Source: Camelus ferus
Lineage: Eukaryota
Assembly: GCF_009834535.1 (NCBI RefSeq)
Contig: NC_045696.1
Location: forward strand, 84,508,001 to 84,572,000
Direction of reading: 5' to 3'
Length of the DNA: 64,000 bases
Below the pieces are notes generated by a model. It was not told where the DNA came from. It saw only the letters and a program-made list of their open reading frames with translations, and did no database searches. Of the stretch, positions 1 through 12,988 are shown in pieces. Numbering within the stretch: the stretch's first letter is position 1; each line of letters opens with the position of its first letter. The position numbers and the translations under genes are program-made.

Positions 1-1089
1 AGGTTCTGTTAAAAAAAAAGTGTCATTCCCATGTTTTCTGAATAGGTAACAGAGAGAACCCCCGGAAGTCATGTGCTCTCTTGTTTTCTCATTCATTTAG
101 AAACCAGTCCTTGGTCAATACATGAGGGTTCAGAGATACCAGCCTAAGTGCCACAGCTGAGTGATCAAACACTACTCTGCTTTTGAGTTTAACTTGTGGC
201 TCAGTGTGCCCTCTCAGTCAGGAGACTAAGTTCTCCTGAACCTCCACCTCAACAGTAAGGGTCGATCTCTTTCTTTTGGGGCTTTTTGAAATGAGAGCAT
301 CCCATTCAATCTTCTAAAATTAAGGCTATAATACATAACAAGAACAAAAAGTAGTATCTATGATCAGAACTGCTTCCATCAGTCCAGTGAAAGGCTGCTC
401 ACCAGATCTTGGTCATTCCTTCAAAGCAGAAAGAGGAAAATCTGCTGAACTGTCTATAGCCGTATGTTCCTTAACTCATGAGTTGCCAGAAGGCTGTAAA
501 GATATTGGAGGTATATATATAATGTATACCATTACTCCCAGTGTAACAATGCCAAGGATGATTGCTCCCCAGTTTAGGTTGAATAAGATCACAGGCTCTA
601 GCTGAGTTTTAAAATGCTACTATTTCTGTATTGCTTGACTGGGGTGGGTACTGGGGTGGATCCTCTGCTTTTATCCAGGTAGAGGTTTTGGCATTGGCCT
701 CAACCACGAGTGAATATCACAAATAAAAAGGTAACTGCCATGGACCATGAATGAAAGCACAGAAAATTCAGAAGTTTTGTTAGAATTAGCAAGAAGTGTA
801 AACACCGATAGAGTTTCTGTTAATGAAGTCCCTGGTAAGCAGAAGAGACACAAGTAATTCCAGGAAGTAAGTTGTGACAAACTCACTTCAAGGAAAGTTC
901 TCTGATGGAAAATATATTTTCATATTACAGCCATTATTTTCTTGGTGATGAAGGTTTCTTTACACACAGGGGCTGACTTATTACAACAAGTGGTCACAGA
1001 AACATCAACCCATCTTTTACCAACAGCATTGTGTTAAACCATCTTTATTATCTGATAGAAAATACTATCTAAATAAATCAGTACAGAGG

Positions 1090-1255
1090 TGACTAATGTT
1101 TTTAAAGCTTGTACTATGTACAGGACCTAATGTATATGATCTTTAGTACATGAACTATTGTAGGTTGGTCTCTATTTTATAGATGCAGAAGTTACAGCTC
1201 AGAAGCTAGCCTAAAGTGGAACTTTGGAACTTGGATTTGTAGATACAAAGTTTCC
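1090..1255 (-). mobile_element. MIR SINE (degenerate)
   Basis: ctattttatagatgcagaagttacagctcagaag resembles the reverse-complement MIR core (attttacagatgaggaaactgaggctcagag). Confidence 0.65.
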
Positions 1256-1669
1256 TGGATAAAAGCTTAATTAAGGATGTGATCTATATTTTCGAAGAAA
1301 GTAGAAACTGTTCACAGAGGATGGAAAGGACTAGAAGATAAGACAAGCTTAGGCAGAGTATAGGTCTGGCTAGACAGTGCCTTGAGAACTGGGACAATGT
1401 ATGGGGACACAGAAGATCTGTGCATCCAGTAAGGAAAATATTGGAAATTGCCTGGCAGTGACTCTAGATAGATATTTGGAATTCAGGTTGCCTATGAAAG
1501 AGAAAGAAAAGAACGATATAATTTATAGCATTGAGGCAGAATCAGCGAGACAGCAAGAGAACTAATGAATGATGACTATTGAAGCAGATGATCAAGAAGA
1601 AAGCAGGAAGGAGGTGCTCCTAAAGTGATATTACATGGCTTTCTGGTCCCAGATAGCTGGCAGATGTAT

Positions 1670-2370
1670 ACTATTGATTCAGAAATTGCCTCCTGAGAAA
1701 TTATTCAAAGACTATCATAATGATAATAAATATTAATTACTAGAATATTGGTTATAATGTTTGCTTAAAATGGCTAAATCTTAAATGCCTCAAAGGTATG
1801 TGGCCTGTTAAAAATTAAATAGAGTATGCATAGAGATGGCTGGATAGATTACTGAATACCTATGTCTATATGTCTATATACACATATATATGTGCCATGA
1901 AATGTTGAGCAATCTTTAAAAATGATGCTGTGCAATGGTGGTTCCAGGGATTAAAGAATAGATATCTTTAGGTATGAAGATCTTTTAAATTATAACATTT
2001 TTTGTGTATAAACGTGTATGTCTTTTTTTCACAAGAGAAACATAGAAACCTCATATTTTTTAAATCAAATTACCAAAGCGTAGCATGACCAAATATAGAG
2101 GAGCAATTTATCACATTGAAAAATATATGTGACATGTTGTTAAAAAATACAAGCTCACAAATTTTCAAAATAACGTAACTTTTTTTTTTTTAAGAAAAAC
2201 TACATATATATATATATGTATACAAATATAAGCACAGAAAATAGTATATGCTACAAAAAGTTAGCAGTGGATTTCCTATCCTTTTTCTTTTTGGTTACCT
2301 GTATTTTTTAATACATTATAGGACTGAACATACATATATGTAACAAAACCCAAAACAGTGACATTTTAAA
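1670..2370 (+). mobile_element. Ancient L1 (L1ME-like) 3' end
   Basis: A-rich decayed L1M 3' UTR motifs (ttaaatgcctcaaagg, gaaatgttgagcaatctttaaaaatgatg, aaaagttagcagtggatttc). Confidence 0.5.
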
Positions 2371-2439
2371 AATGTGTTGAGATTCATGAGAGAGATTAAC
2401 AAAGAAATATGATGGTAAATTAAAAATAGCAAATACCGG

Positions 2440-2625
2440 TGTCTGATCCACTCCTTTCTATCAAATTACTTGTCCTTCCCAAACATGCTGCGTTCTTCCA
2501 TGCTTCGATTTGGCATTCACTAGTTCTTTCCCCTCATCATGCTTAACTCTGAAGGAAACGCCTATCCTTCACGTAGTCTCAGTGCCTGGTATATAGTGAG
2601 TGCTTAATATATATTGCTTGCTTTG
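2440..2625 (+). mobile_element. L2 3' end
   Basis: ctcagtgcctggtatatagtgagtgcttaatatatattg resembles the L2/MIR 3' tail; preceded by a pyrimidine-rich L2-like body. Confidence 0.6.
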
Positions 2626-4234
2626 GTGGAGAAGCAAATGAGCCAGTCTGTTCATGAATTGAATATGGAAAGATGAGTGTAGAATTAAGTTGATACAGGA
2701 AAGTGGGGAGGACATTTGAGAGCAAGAGGTAACCTGAGTCAGTTGGGATTAATTCTGTACTCAAATCACAGTAAAGAAAAGGAGATTCCTACAGGAGACT
2801 TCGTGTTGAAAAAAATCATAATAAGAAAACATTGAACAGAGATGATGGAGAGACCTACAAAACAGCTTAAAATTCTAGAGGAATTTGAACATATCTGGAA
2901 AATACCCTCCCCTATCAGTAAATACCATGGAGCTAAGAAAAATAAGAGCAGCTTTTCTTTGAAGAGTTCAGTAGGAAATGAATCACTTTCTCACATTCAA
3001 ACTTTATACTCCATATGTTTATTCTGTTAAATTTCAGTGAATTTTAATGATTCTTTTTCTTTCTGGTAGTGTCCTTAATGTTTCTTCTATATTACAACCA
3101 ACTGATACCCTTACATATACGTACACCCATCCATACACATACACTCATGCACCCACACCTACAAAGTCCCTTTTCACGTGGCAGAAGGCAATTTTATTTA
3201 ATGATGGAAGTGATTGATAGTTACATATTCGCAATCGATTGCTTCCATACCTGCTCATAATCCTACAATATTAAAGAGAATCCCTTAACATTTACTCTTG
3301 ATGCTCTTTAGAAAGCAAATATATTTCCGTTCCTGAATAAAACACTGAGTATTAAAGATTTAGATAAATTACACTGACTGCTGTCAGTGGTGTCCCCTGC
3401 AGTGAATTAAAAAACACATTTAGCATGAAAACAAGGAACAGATGTTATTTTTACAGTCATTGTTCAAACGGCTCCAGTGAGCTGCGTTTTCCCCTGTGCT
3501 CCTTTGACTTCTCCTGGAGAGGATGACTTATGGGCTTTCTATGTCTTGAAAGGATAGACAGGGTGGCAGTGGTGATGCTAATTTAATTTATAATTGTACC
3601 TTAAACTATTTCTCTGAAGTTGAGTAACAATTCAGCAAAATACCAAGAGCCAGTTTAGACTTAAGAGCTCTAGATTAGCAGAGTTCTTCCCCTAACACTG
3701 TGGCACAGAGCCACGAGGATTTACGTGTCATATTGGCAGAGAGAGAATCAAGAGGCATTGCGCTGCTTTACATCCCATTATACCCCATTTAGGGTAAGCG
3801 ATGAGAGGGGTCTTGGGAAAATCCACTCCACCTCTCCAGGATTAATCTAGGATGTGTGAAGTAACCACTATGCTGGGTAGAAAAGTGTCTTTCAGTGGAC
3901 CAGACTTAAGGATATGTTGGATGATTTCTCCACAACACTGAAATAGCAGAGATAAATGGTACTGAGGCATTCTCATTCACACGTACAGTGATCTAAATAG
4001 TGACACCTTTACCAGATATCCATCCTAGCTGGTTTCAAGGAACATCAATATATAAAGAGAGAGAAAGTCTTTTAATTAGTTTAATGCTAAATAGTTGAGG
4101 GATTATATGTGAGTCTGATTAATAAGGAATTTTTTCCTGAATAGAAACTCTCTCTTGCTATATGTTAGATATAAAGTAGGTTGTTAAATGACAAATAAAA
4201 AGACAAAAATGGTGTAATGAAAAACACAGAAAAT

Positions 4235-4395
4235 ACCATTCAGATCTAGACATACTGGGATTTGAGTTATAATTTGCCATCTACTTGTGGGATGATTTCA
4301 GGAACTTCAAAGCCTTGTTTTCTCATCTATAAATTTGTGTAAAAATACATAACTTCTAGGGCTGCTAGGAGGATAGAATTAAGTAAATTCAAATA
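4235..4395 (+). mobile_element. MIR SINE
   Basis: ctgggatttgagttataatttgccatctacttgtgggatgattt...ccttgttttctcatctataaat follows the MIR head and core. Confidence 0.65.
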
Positions 4396-4429
4396 TAACC
4401 TAAACAAAGGAGTGTATTCTTTTTCTGCT

Positions 4430-4792
4430 TTTGCCTACTTACTGCTTTCCTAAACATAATCTGCGAATGGCAGCCCCTCCACTTTTACTCAGACCTTTTC
4501 CTTTGGTTAGAATATCTGTTTCCTACCAACTTTCTCTAGTGTCCATTTCTTCCAAGTAGCCACTTCTGATTGCTCCTGAAGGGAAAAGTTCACCTTTTCC
4601 TCAAACTACTGGCATCCTCATTTCTGGAACCTTGCTGGAATTTTGCAGTCTTGGAGATCCAGAGCTATGTTATGTCGTTCCTTTTCCCCCAGAACCTGAC
4701 ACAATGCCTTTCTGGTGCTGGATGCTTCATATTATACCCTGACTGACTGATGACCGATTAAGTGTGTGATGATGGAATGAATGAATGAGTGA
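4430..4792 (+). mobile_element. L2 3' end
   Basis: cccagaacctgacacaatgcct...gatgcttcat followed by a (gaat)n tail. Confidence 0.6.
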
Positions 4793-4814
4793 AACGTTAC
4801 CGTGAAGTATCTGC

Positions 4815-5196
4815 ACCCCAAGTGCTTTCACGTACATTCTTTCAAGGAGGGAAGGAGTATATTATCTTTATTTCAAATAATAAGAGCAGCCACTAATTTT
4901 TGAACACTTAATATGTAACATGTAATGAGTGCACTTTATACGTATATACAATAACCGTGAAGGCTAGATATCTTCTTAGTATCACAGATGAGGAATGACT
5001 TCTTAGAGCAGTTAAATAGAAACTCCACTACCACACAGCTAATAAACACTAATGCTGAGGTTCAAATTAAGTTATATTTATATCCTGTAAGTCTATATTT
5101 CACATTATTAACCGAAACGAAAGCCTCAAAAGATTTTGTGATTTTCCTTAGGACATGATTCAGGGTCAAAACCAAAGCTAGAACGTAGGTCTCCTG
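4815..5196 (-). mobile_element. Two nested MIR SINEs
   Basis: Outer MIR core is split (tttatttcaaataa ... gaaacgaaagcctcaaaaga) by an inner MIR at about 4880-5112 containing cacagatgaggaa. Confidence 0.55.
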
Positions 5197-5574
5197 GGAA
5201 AAAAAAAATAGTAAGAGGAAGAAAGAGTAGAGTAGGAGATCTGCATTTTGACCTTAACCTGGATGAACAACGTGAGGCTACATAATAAAGAAGGTTAATG
5301 ACTTTCCAGAAAAATTTATTCCCAGAAATCTGTATCCCTGCCTATGAATGTGGCTCAAGATACTTACTCTGAAAACAACAGTTCTCTGAACTAAAGACAG
5401 GGATACAGAAGAATATCCTTAAATTCATCACTTAAGACACACTTGGAGGAGCAGGCAAGATTTTCAGAAGGCTTTCTAGGGTCTAATTAGTTTTGCATTT
5501 ACTCTGCGGTGCTGTGGGCCAGGAAGGAGCATTCATTCATATAAAGATGCATAAACCCCTGAAGAGAGGAAAAC

Positions 5575-6125
5575 CACACGATCTCTTGCTTGGATTACTG
5601 CAATAGCTTCCAGAAACCGTCTCCTGCCTGCACACGTGCCATTTTTATAATCATTTTCCCACAGGACAGCCAGAGTGTTATTTTTAAAACTTAAACAATT
5701 AGGTAATATCACATTTTCTACTGTAAACTTCCACGGCTTCCCGTCACACTTAACAGCCTGTTTAACAGGGCCTCTCTCTCTCTCTCCCCAACCTCTTTTC
5801 TTGCCACACTCCTGACTTGATAGCCTTCTCAAAGCTTATCCAGCCAAGAACTAAGACTCTTTCCCTGTGGGGACTTTGTTCTTCATCTAGAATGTTCTCC
5901 CTGCTCTTCTTCCTTCAGCTCCTATCAGCTCAAACAGCACTTCTTCTAAAAGACACTGTCCCTGAACTCTCTCGCTAAATATGGATACTTCTGTTTTACT
6001 CTCACACAGAACCGCACAATTTTTTTTCTAGAACTTAAAACAATTTGTAATTCTATGTATATTCATTTGTTTCCTTATTTAACATTTCTCTTTCCCAATT
6101 AACTGAAGCTTCATGAGGTCAAGGA
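5575..6125 (+). mobile_element. L2 LINE fragment
   Basis: tggattactgcaatagcttccagaaaccgtctcctg and cagccagagtgttatttttaaaac are characteristic L2 motifs. Confidence 0.8.
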
Positions 6126-6854
6126 TATATATTACATACAATATATTATTGATATTAATTATGTCTAGCCATGTATTATTACATTTTATCATTTATTAAA
6201 TATAAGGTATTCTTTATATATAGCCATAGTTTTGTACCTATAAAACCTATCTACATCTATGTATCTATCTATAAAACCATAGTTTGTGGAACAAAACTAA
6301 AGACTTAGCAGCTATTTACAAGATGAATTAATAATTCAGTAAAGAAATATCCTGGAATTTGGGAAGAGTTTTTGCTTAAATGAGGTATTCTTCTCTAGAG
6401 TTTTCTACAGAACCCCTAATTTCACCAAGAGCCAGGGTTAATGGGCATCAATGCCCACCTCTCCATCTCCTTTCCAGCTAATTAGCCAATGTCACAGCAA
6501 CAGGACTCAACGGATATGGGGGGGGGCTCTTAAGAAGGCGATTAAGGCCACATTAAGACTGCTATTTATCTAATCAACAAAACGATGTCCCAGTTAAGTA
6601 TAACGGTGACACCCTTGGTATAAATACCAAGAGTTTCTCTATCAGAGGAATCTAAGCACCATGCTGAAAGGGAAGAGTGAAACAGAATATCCAGCAGTGT
6701 TGAAAAGTTATGTTTGCAGGATTCTACTTTGTTGACTTACCTTTCAGGAAGCTGTAAACCAAATTTTTATTATGTCCCATTTTCTGTATGTCTAGTAAGT
6801 ATCTTTAGCACTATTTCTGCTGTGACTACAATTTACTGAATGCGTATTAAATAT

Positions 6855-7030
6855 ATTAACAGTCTATTAAGCACTGATTATGCAATAGATCTTTAACATT
6901 ATCAAACTATGAAGTATTTTCTCATAAAGAAAACTGACCTCAGAGAAATCAGGACCTTGTACTTTCCAGTTGATGGAGCTAGCACTTGAACTGTGGTCCA
7001 TGTGTCCTCAAATCCCAGGATTCATAACTT
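6855..7030 (-). mobile_element. MIR SINE
   Basis: ctattaagcactgattatgc...aagaaaactgacctcagagaa...tggagctagcacttgaac. Confidence 0.6.
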
Positions 7031-8059
7031 AATTTCTTTAATTATTCTCATGCTGAAGTATAAACAAAATGCAAATTTGTATTTTTGTTTTGAATTTATT
7101 TAGATAATCATTGGTGTTTATCATATGTGGCTACATGGTAATTTCACTTGCAATATTTATATGATTTGAGTTCTAAATTCAAAGTTTCACAAAATTGAAA
7201 AGCTGTGATTTACTCCTTATGTTGTTTTTAATCTAAATAATATTAGATTGTTTTAATGTATTGTTTTTAATTTAAATAATCATTTAAATAAAATTCCAGA
7301 CTCTTTCATCTGGGCTGTTTTTACATAAATTATTTAGTATTTAAAATAAACCTTCATTTAAAAATTTTATTTGCATAAATTCATTTAAAAAGGAAAGTTA
7401 ACTTACAAAGGTAGAATTGTACCATTATGTCTCTCCATTTATTGGAGGATTTGGAATATTGACAGCTTTATTTTCATAATATTTATTCATATAAATATAA
7501 AATTATATTCTCTTCCTGCATTACTCCCACCACTTGCAACTGCCTTCAGGGTTTTATTTTCTTACCTGTAAAAGGTATATATTTTTTATTCTTTAATGAG
7601 TTTCCATTGGAATTGAAGCATACATACAATTTTAGAACTAAAGTTCTGTTTTGAAGGGAAGAGTGATATCCAAGGAGGTGAAATGCTGGGATAAGTATTG
7701 ATTAATGTATCTTTGAGCTGACATTGGTGAAGAAGTGGATACAGGGATTTTGGGTCACTCTTTTAAGAACTATAGCTTTTGAAGGAAGGAGAAAAGAAGG
7801 TGGTAGCTAGAGAGATACTATCATTATAGACTAACATGGGATGATTAATTCAAACAATTGAAGGGAAAAAGAGAATGCCTGTTATATTGGAATTAAAAAT
7901 TTATTTTGTCAATCCTCAGAGGTTATTTCACATCCTGGTAAGATCTCAGTTTAAGGAATACTTACACACGCATAAGTGAGTGGTCAACTCTGATGTTAGC
8001 ATTGTTAAAATCTTGCTTTATCTTGACAGCCATGTGTAGTGATCCAACATTCTTTTGTT

Positions 8060-8185
8060 TCCTCCTATGACAGTGTGATGAGACTACTTCTCTCTCAAGA
8101 ATCTTGGGTTGACTAAATATGATAACGTGCATGAAGTCCCCGGCACAGTCTTTGGCATGTAGTAGCACTCAGTAAACATTATCCT
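8060..8185 (+). mobile_element. MIR 3' half
   Basis: gataacgtgcatgaagtccccggcacagtctttggcatgtagtagcactcagtaaacatta. Confidence 0.7.
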
Positions 8186-9259
8186 TTAACCCGGCTCCAC
8201 TCTGAATCTCACTGATAAAATCAAGAGCTTAGATTTTCTCTAAGATCAAAGTCAGTTAGTCTATGGATTTAATTTAAAATATGCTTAAGAGCAAAAGAAG
8301 ATACACCAGATGAGAGGAACAATGTGAAATCATCCCATTCCATAAACAGGAGAGTTTCCTGCTGCATCTACTGGTTTAAAGTACCATGGTTAGCTGTGAC
8401 TCCTTATGATCTGTGTCCTGTTTCTGCAATGCCCAAACAGGTGTGTAGGGAAGAGGAAAAAAGTGTTGGTTGCCTTTAAGACAGTCTCCTTTTGTCCCCT
8501 TATATTATATCCTACTTTTGATCTCTGGCTATTATTATAGTATAATATGTCTGTCAAGTAACAGAAATGTTTGCTTATACTTACAAGAAATTAAAATTAT
8601 ATATTTCTCTAAGGAACTGAGGAACAACAGTTTACTATTCTATAAGTTGAATAGCCAGTTATCTTGTATTCCATGAGTATAATATCTGTGGTCCTAAGTT
8701 AATATACCAATACACGATATATTCTTGTTTTTGAACCATCACTTTTCCCCATATATTATCACAAGCATCTTGCATGCAAGATCAGTAATGGTCACTGTAT
8801 ATTATTACAAAGTTAATGCATCTTAGGATCATTCTGGTTTGTGCTGTACATCATTCTAGGCAGAACTGTCAGCTTCGTGCTTGCAGCTGCTCTCAATCTG
8901 TCATCATAAATGATAAATGAGCAGTGGAGTCTTACTTTCTATTGTACATTATCGTCACTACAAGAATGCAAGACCAGCATATTTTGGATTGCTCACAAGA
9001 CCCTTTATGAAGATAAGAACTTTACTAGAAAAGCAAGGAAACTTTACATTTCTAAGTAAATAAATGAAGCTGTAAATCTGCTAAAGTTCTGGCTATAACA
9101 TCAGAACTTTAACTAAATCTCCACTCTTATATATAGATCTCAGCTTAATTATTTCAATTATTTTTTATTTCCATGATTCTTGGTCTCTGAAGTAGAACTC
9201 ACACAATTTCCCAAATGGATATTTTGAATCCTTGTCAGCCAACGTGAAATAAATAATAT

Positions 9260-9806
9260 TGCATGAAAATTCTCCACAGGTCTCTTACATTTCTGCATGC
9301 TTTGTGAGCAAGATATTAACTTCCATTTGTCCTGGGCTATTTTTTTCCAAGAATATTTGAAAAATGAACAGTCTTGGAGGAATAAAGATTGTATCTTTTT
9401 CTGGAGAAAATGACAGGTTTGCTTACATTTTGAGAAACTAAAGAGGATCTTCCTAGCAAATGTTAGAAATTCTTACTGTCCAGTATAATAACGATGTCTT
9501 CCTCTGAAGCACAGGGCAGGCACGTTACTACTCTACAAATCTGGAGTCCTATGCTCAGGATTTCTCTCCTGGAATGCAACCCACTGAGTGTACAGGCACC
9601 TAACTGCATCCATCCGTGTTTTTCCTGAGAACTTGTCGGATGGAAATATATTGCAACCTAAGATGTTTATTGTCCCATAAGAAATAAAGTCCTTTGTTTC
9701 TGACCCTGGGCTTTTATTTCTTCTGCCAGTTTCTTTTATGAAACTTTGGCAAGTTATACTGTTAGGTTACAAGGACAATAGAATCAAGACTTCATAATTC
9801 TTGATA
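9260..9806 (+). mobile_element. Solo ERVL-class LTR (MER76-like)
   Basis: Begins tgcatgaaaattctccacaggtctcttacatttctgcatg, has aataaagtcctttgtttctgacc, ends cttcataattcttgata; matches my recollection of MER76. Confidence 0.7.
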
Positions 9807-10303
9807 ACGTGTGTAAGAAAACAAAGAAGGTTCTGAAGATTTTAATGAAGCATTGATTTTAAGACCTCAAATGCAACTAAAACAGATAATTAGCAAAATG
9901 CATGCTTATTTATGTTTATTTCTATCTATATCAAACATGCTTTGTTGCTGAGAGAGGAACAGTATCAATTCTGTGATGAGAGGAATAAAATCTTTGAAAC
10001 AAATATTAAAATATTTCTTTAGAAACCAGAATTATTGTGTGTGTCTATATATAAAATTTATTATTCTAAGTAACTGCTTACTTCAGAGAATGCAAGTAAT
10101 ACTTACAATGGATATTAATAATGAAAATGTCCTATTTAAGTCTACATACAGAGAAATGCATTCTAGGCCTTCTTGAAATGGATTTGGCCAGACGAGGTAT
10201 TAGATTAGAGACCTATGATTCTATAACCTAATTTTATTTTAAGGGACTATTAGTACTTTCTTGGAAGAAAATTATAATGACTTCAGTTTTACTTTCATAT
10301 TCG

Positions 10304-10790
10304 TGTAACAGACTATGTTTTTTGTCCACCTATGATTTATCATTCTAACTTTAAAAAATTTTAATAGAATCTTCATGTTATTCCAAGAATCTGCCATTTT
10401 CACATGATCATACTGTTCACTGGGCCTTGGGGATTCCAATTTCCTTGCAAACATTTTGTCTAGGAATGGGTATCTGATACCATTTAGGTTAAGGAGGTGT
10501 GAGGGGAAGTCTGGGAGCACTTCTGAATATGCTTTCCTTACTCTAAAAAGGAAGGATGCAAGGAGACCCTCTCTTTTCCTTCCAATATGATATGGTATCC
10601 AGAAAAGCAATAGCCATCTCTGATCGTGGGAACTGTTAGTCTGAGGTCCTCATTTAAAGGTAGTGTCTAGTGAAGGGTGGAATTAATTGGGGTTTTGATA
10701 ATATGAAATCACTGGATTAATCAATCCCAGGACTAATTATCCAGGAATGGTGCTTTGTGAGGTAATGAATTTCTTCACTGCTAACGCCAC
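10304..10790 (+). mobile_element. MaLR LTR (MLT1I/J-like)
   Basis: tgtaacagactat start; taggaatgggtatctgataccatttagg..gaggggaagtctgggagcacttctg; gcaatagccatct. Confidence 0.65.
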
Positions 10791-10794
10791 ATTT

Positions 10795-10975
10795 GAAAAC
10801 TTCATGGACCTCTTAAACAAAATTGTGTGTGTTGGGTGTATGCGTTGAGTGCATGCCTAGGAAAGAGAAAAGGGATTAAAAGACATAGATAGTTAAATCT
10901 GACCCAGCTCCAGACAAAGCTAAAATTAATGAGATCATTTTTGAGGTCTGTGATGTCTTATGACCCAAGGAGCTT
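10795..10975. mobile_element. hAT-Charlie MITE relic (MER103-like)
   Basis: catggacctcttaaacaaaattgtgtgtg and tcttatgacccaagg resemble MER103C segments. Confidence 0.35.
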
Positions 10976-12381
10976 CATTAGATCTGAACGCTGTCAAAGA
11001 TCATTTCTTATTAATCATCCTAACTAGTTTCTGCAAAATAGTAAATAATAATAGTGTTTGAAACCTGTCCTTTTATATGTTGTTGAATCATTTGTTCATG
11101 AAGAATCTTATCTGAATCCCAATGCTTCAAACAAAGGAAATCTGTATTGTCTTAAGCATAGGCATAGGCAATGGAATGGAATTTTGCCTCTTAGACCTCT
11201 ACTTTTCCTCATTCCACGCAGTCATACTAGGGGTGTTGCATGAAACCCCTAGAGCTCAGTATGAAAATCACTGCAAAGTGGGGGATTTGTGCCTGAGATT
11301 CCATTTGCGAGCTTAAGACAAAATTAAAACTTATACATGGGCCAAAGGGTTTATGTTAGTTTTATGTGCCTAGTATGTTCTCACTAAATATGCTTAAATG
11401 ATGGTGATAATTTCAGTACCATAACTAATAACTCATTTGTCAAAGTTGGGAATAGAAACAGTATCTTTTATGTTATATTGATTTTAAAGCATGTCTTTAA
11501 TGTGATGGCCTACTCATAAAACGGCCATTACAGATTTTAAGAAAAGTAGTTCATAAACCTTCTATATTGTTACAAAGTCTCAAAATAACCACTTTTGGAT
11601 ACAGTATAATTTAAGGTGATAAAGAGACAAGGAGGGTGAATGGTAAACAAAAACAATACAAGCAAACTAACAAATAAAAAACACTTCTTTTTCTTGGATC
11701 AAATCTCCCTTTTGCAAACTATCAAGAAGGAAGCTTTAGTAATTGGTCTTTACCATAGGTAATCAGACTTACCTCTGAACAAAACAAATTTTACTAGATA
11801 TGAAGGAAATTCAAAATGCCTAGCACCTTCCATTTATTTTTGCGCTGGTTAAAGTAAGCAAAGCGATGTTCTATTGAATGTAAAGAGATGCTGCATACGT
11901 AAACATGGGTGATTTAGAACTGTTCATCCCTAGCATTTTGTTCAATTTACAGTCTTACCAAAAAATCAATAGGCCTAGTTCTCTTCTTTTCTGCTAGCCT
12001 CATGCCATTAATCTGAGTTTAGTGGGCACAGTAGCTTTAATGGATGTTGTCTTTAAGGTAATGTAGCAATTCATCCCTGGAATCACTAATCTCTCTGCTT
12101 GGGCAATATGGTAATCACTTCTTTCCTTGGACTCTCTGGAGAATGAGCTAATGTCCTACTTTCCAATACTACAAATTCTCCTTATTGACCACTGAAAACT
12201 TTCAGATCAACTCTGCTTTCAGCCTTGAGACATATGATACATTTGTAGAAGTAAAGAGGGACTAGGCAGAATCTGTAGTAAAACTGTCAGAAAGGAAATG
12301 ACAAGTTAAGATAAGAAAATTAAGAAATAAATTGATTGTTTATATGTCAGCTTCTGCCTCACAAGCAGTTAAACATAACTG

Positions 12382-12470
12382 ATAATAGTAACAGTCATTG
12401 ATTACTCAGTGCTTATTCTATGCCAAAATCTGGGTTAAGCAATTATGTATTATCTTTTTATTTAGCAACT
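12382..12470 (-). mobile_element. MIR, left part (continues at 14620-14750)
   Basis: ataatagtaacagtcattgattactcagtgcttattctatgccaaaatctgggttaagc. Confidence 0.65.
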
Positions 12471-12494
12471 GAATAATTTTTTTTTTTTCAAACT

Positions 12495-12988
12495 TGCCTC
12501 ATGACTCCTGCCTGAAATACTGTGATGGCTTCCCATTGAACTTAGTTTTAAAACAAAGCTACTCATTGCATCATAAACATACATGCCTGAACAGTGCCTA
12601 ACCATTTGATCTCAACTTCCCCAGTTCTCTTTTTTACTTACTGACCACAGCCTTACTGTCCAGAGCCCCTTCTATTTGGGGGAGTTTATACTTGCTCCCT
12701 CTTCCCAGAAATCTCCTTCTCCATATCTTTACAGGATTACATTCTCATCTTCCATTCTCTGCTCAGCTATCATCTCCTAGGGGGAGGTTTTCCTGGTCAC
12801 TCTATTGAAAAGGGCTTCTCTTATTTCAGACATTTCTTATCTGGCAAATCATACCATGTCTTTGTTGATGTCTAGCTCCAAAATAAAACATTATCAAAGG
12901 AATGTTAGCTCCTGGAGAAAATATATTTGTATCTCTTGTTTATTAATGTATTTCTGGTGCCTAAAACAGTGTCAGGACAGTATTACTC
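12495..12988 (+). mobile_element. L2 fragment, 3' tail interrupted by L1
   Basis: gatggcttcccattgaacttag...tctggtgcctaaaacagtgtcaggacag; tail resumes as taagtatttgttcagtgactga at 14577. Confidence 0.75.

Noticed and set aside
62..69. Perfect ETS motif CCGGAAGT
   Set aside because: Isolated 8-mer with no CpG island or other promoter features
11227..11252. Hairpin ctaggggt...acccctag
   Set aside because: Only 8-bp arms, probably part of a decayed hAT MITE end (tatgaaaatcactg follows)
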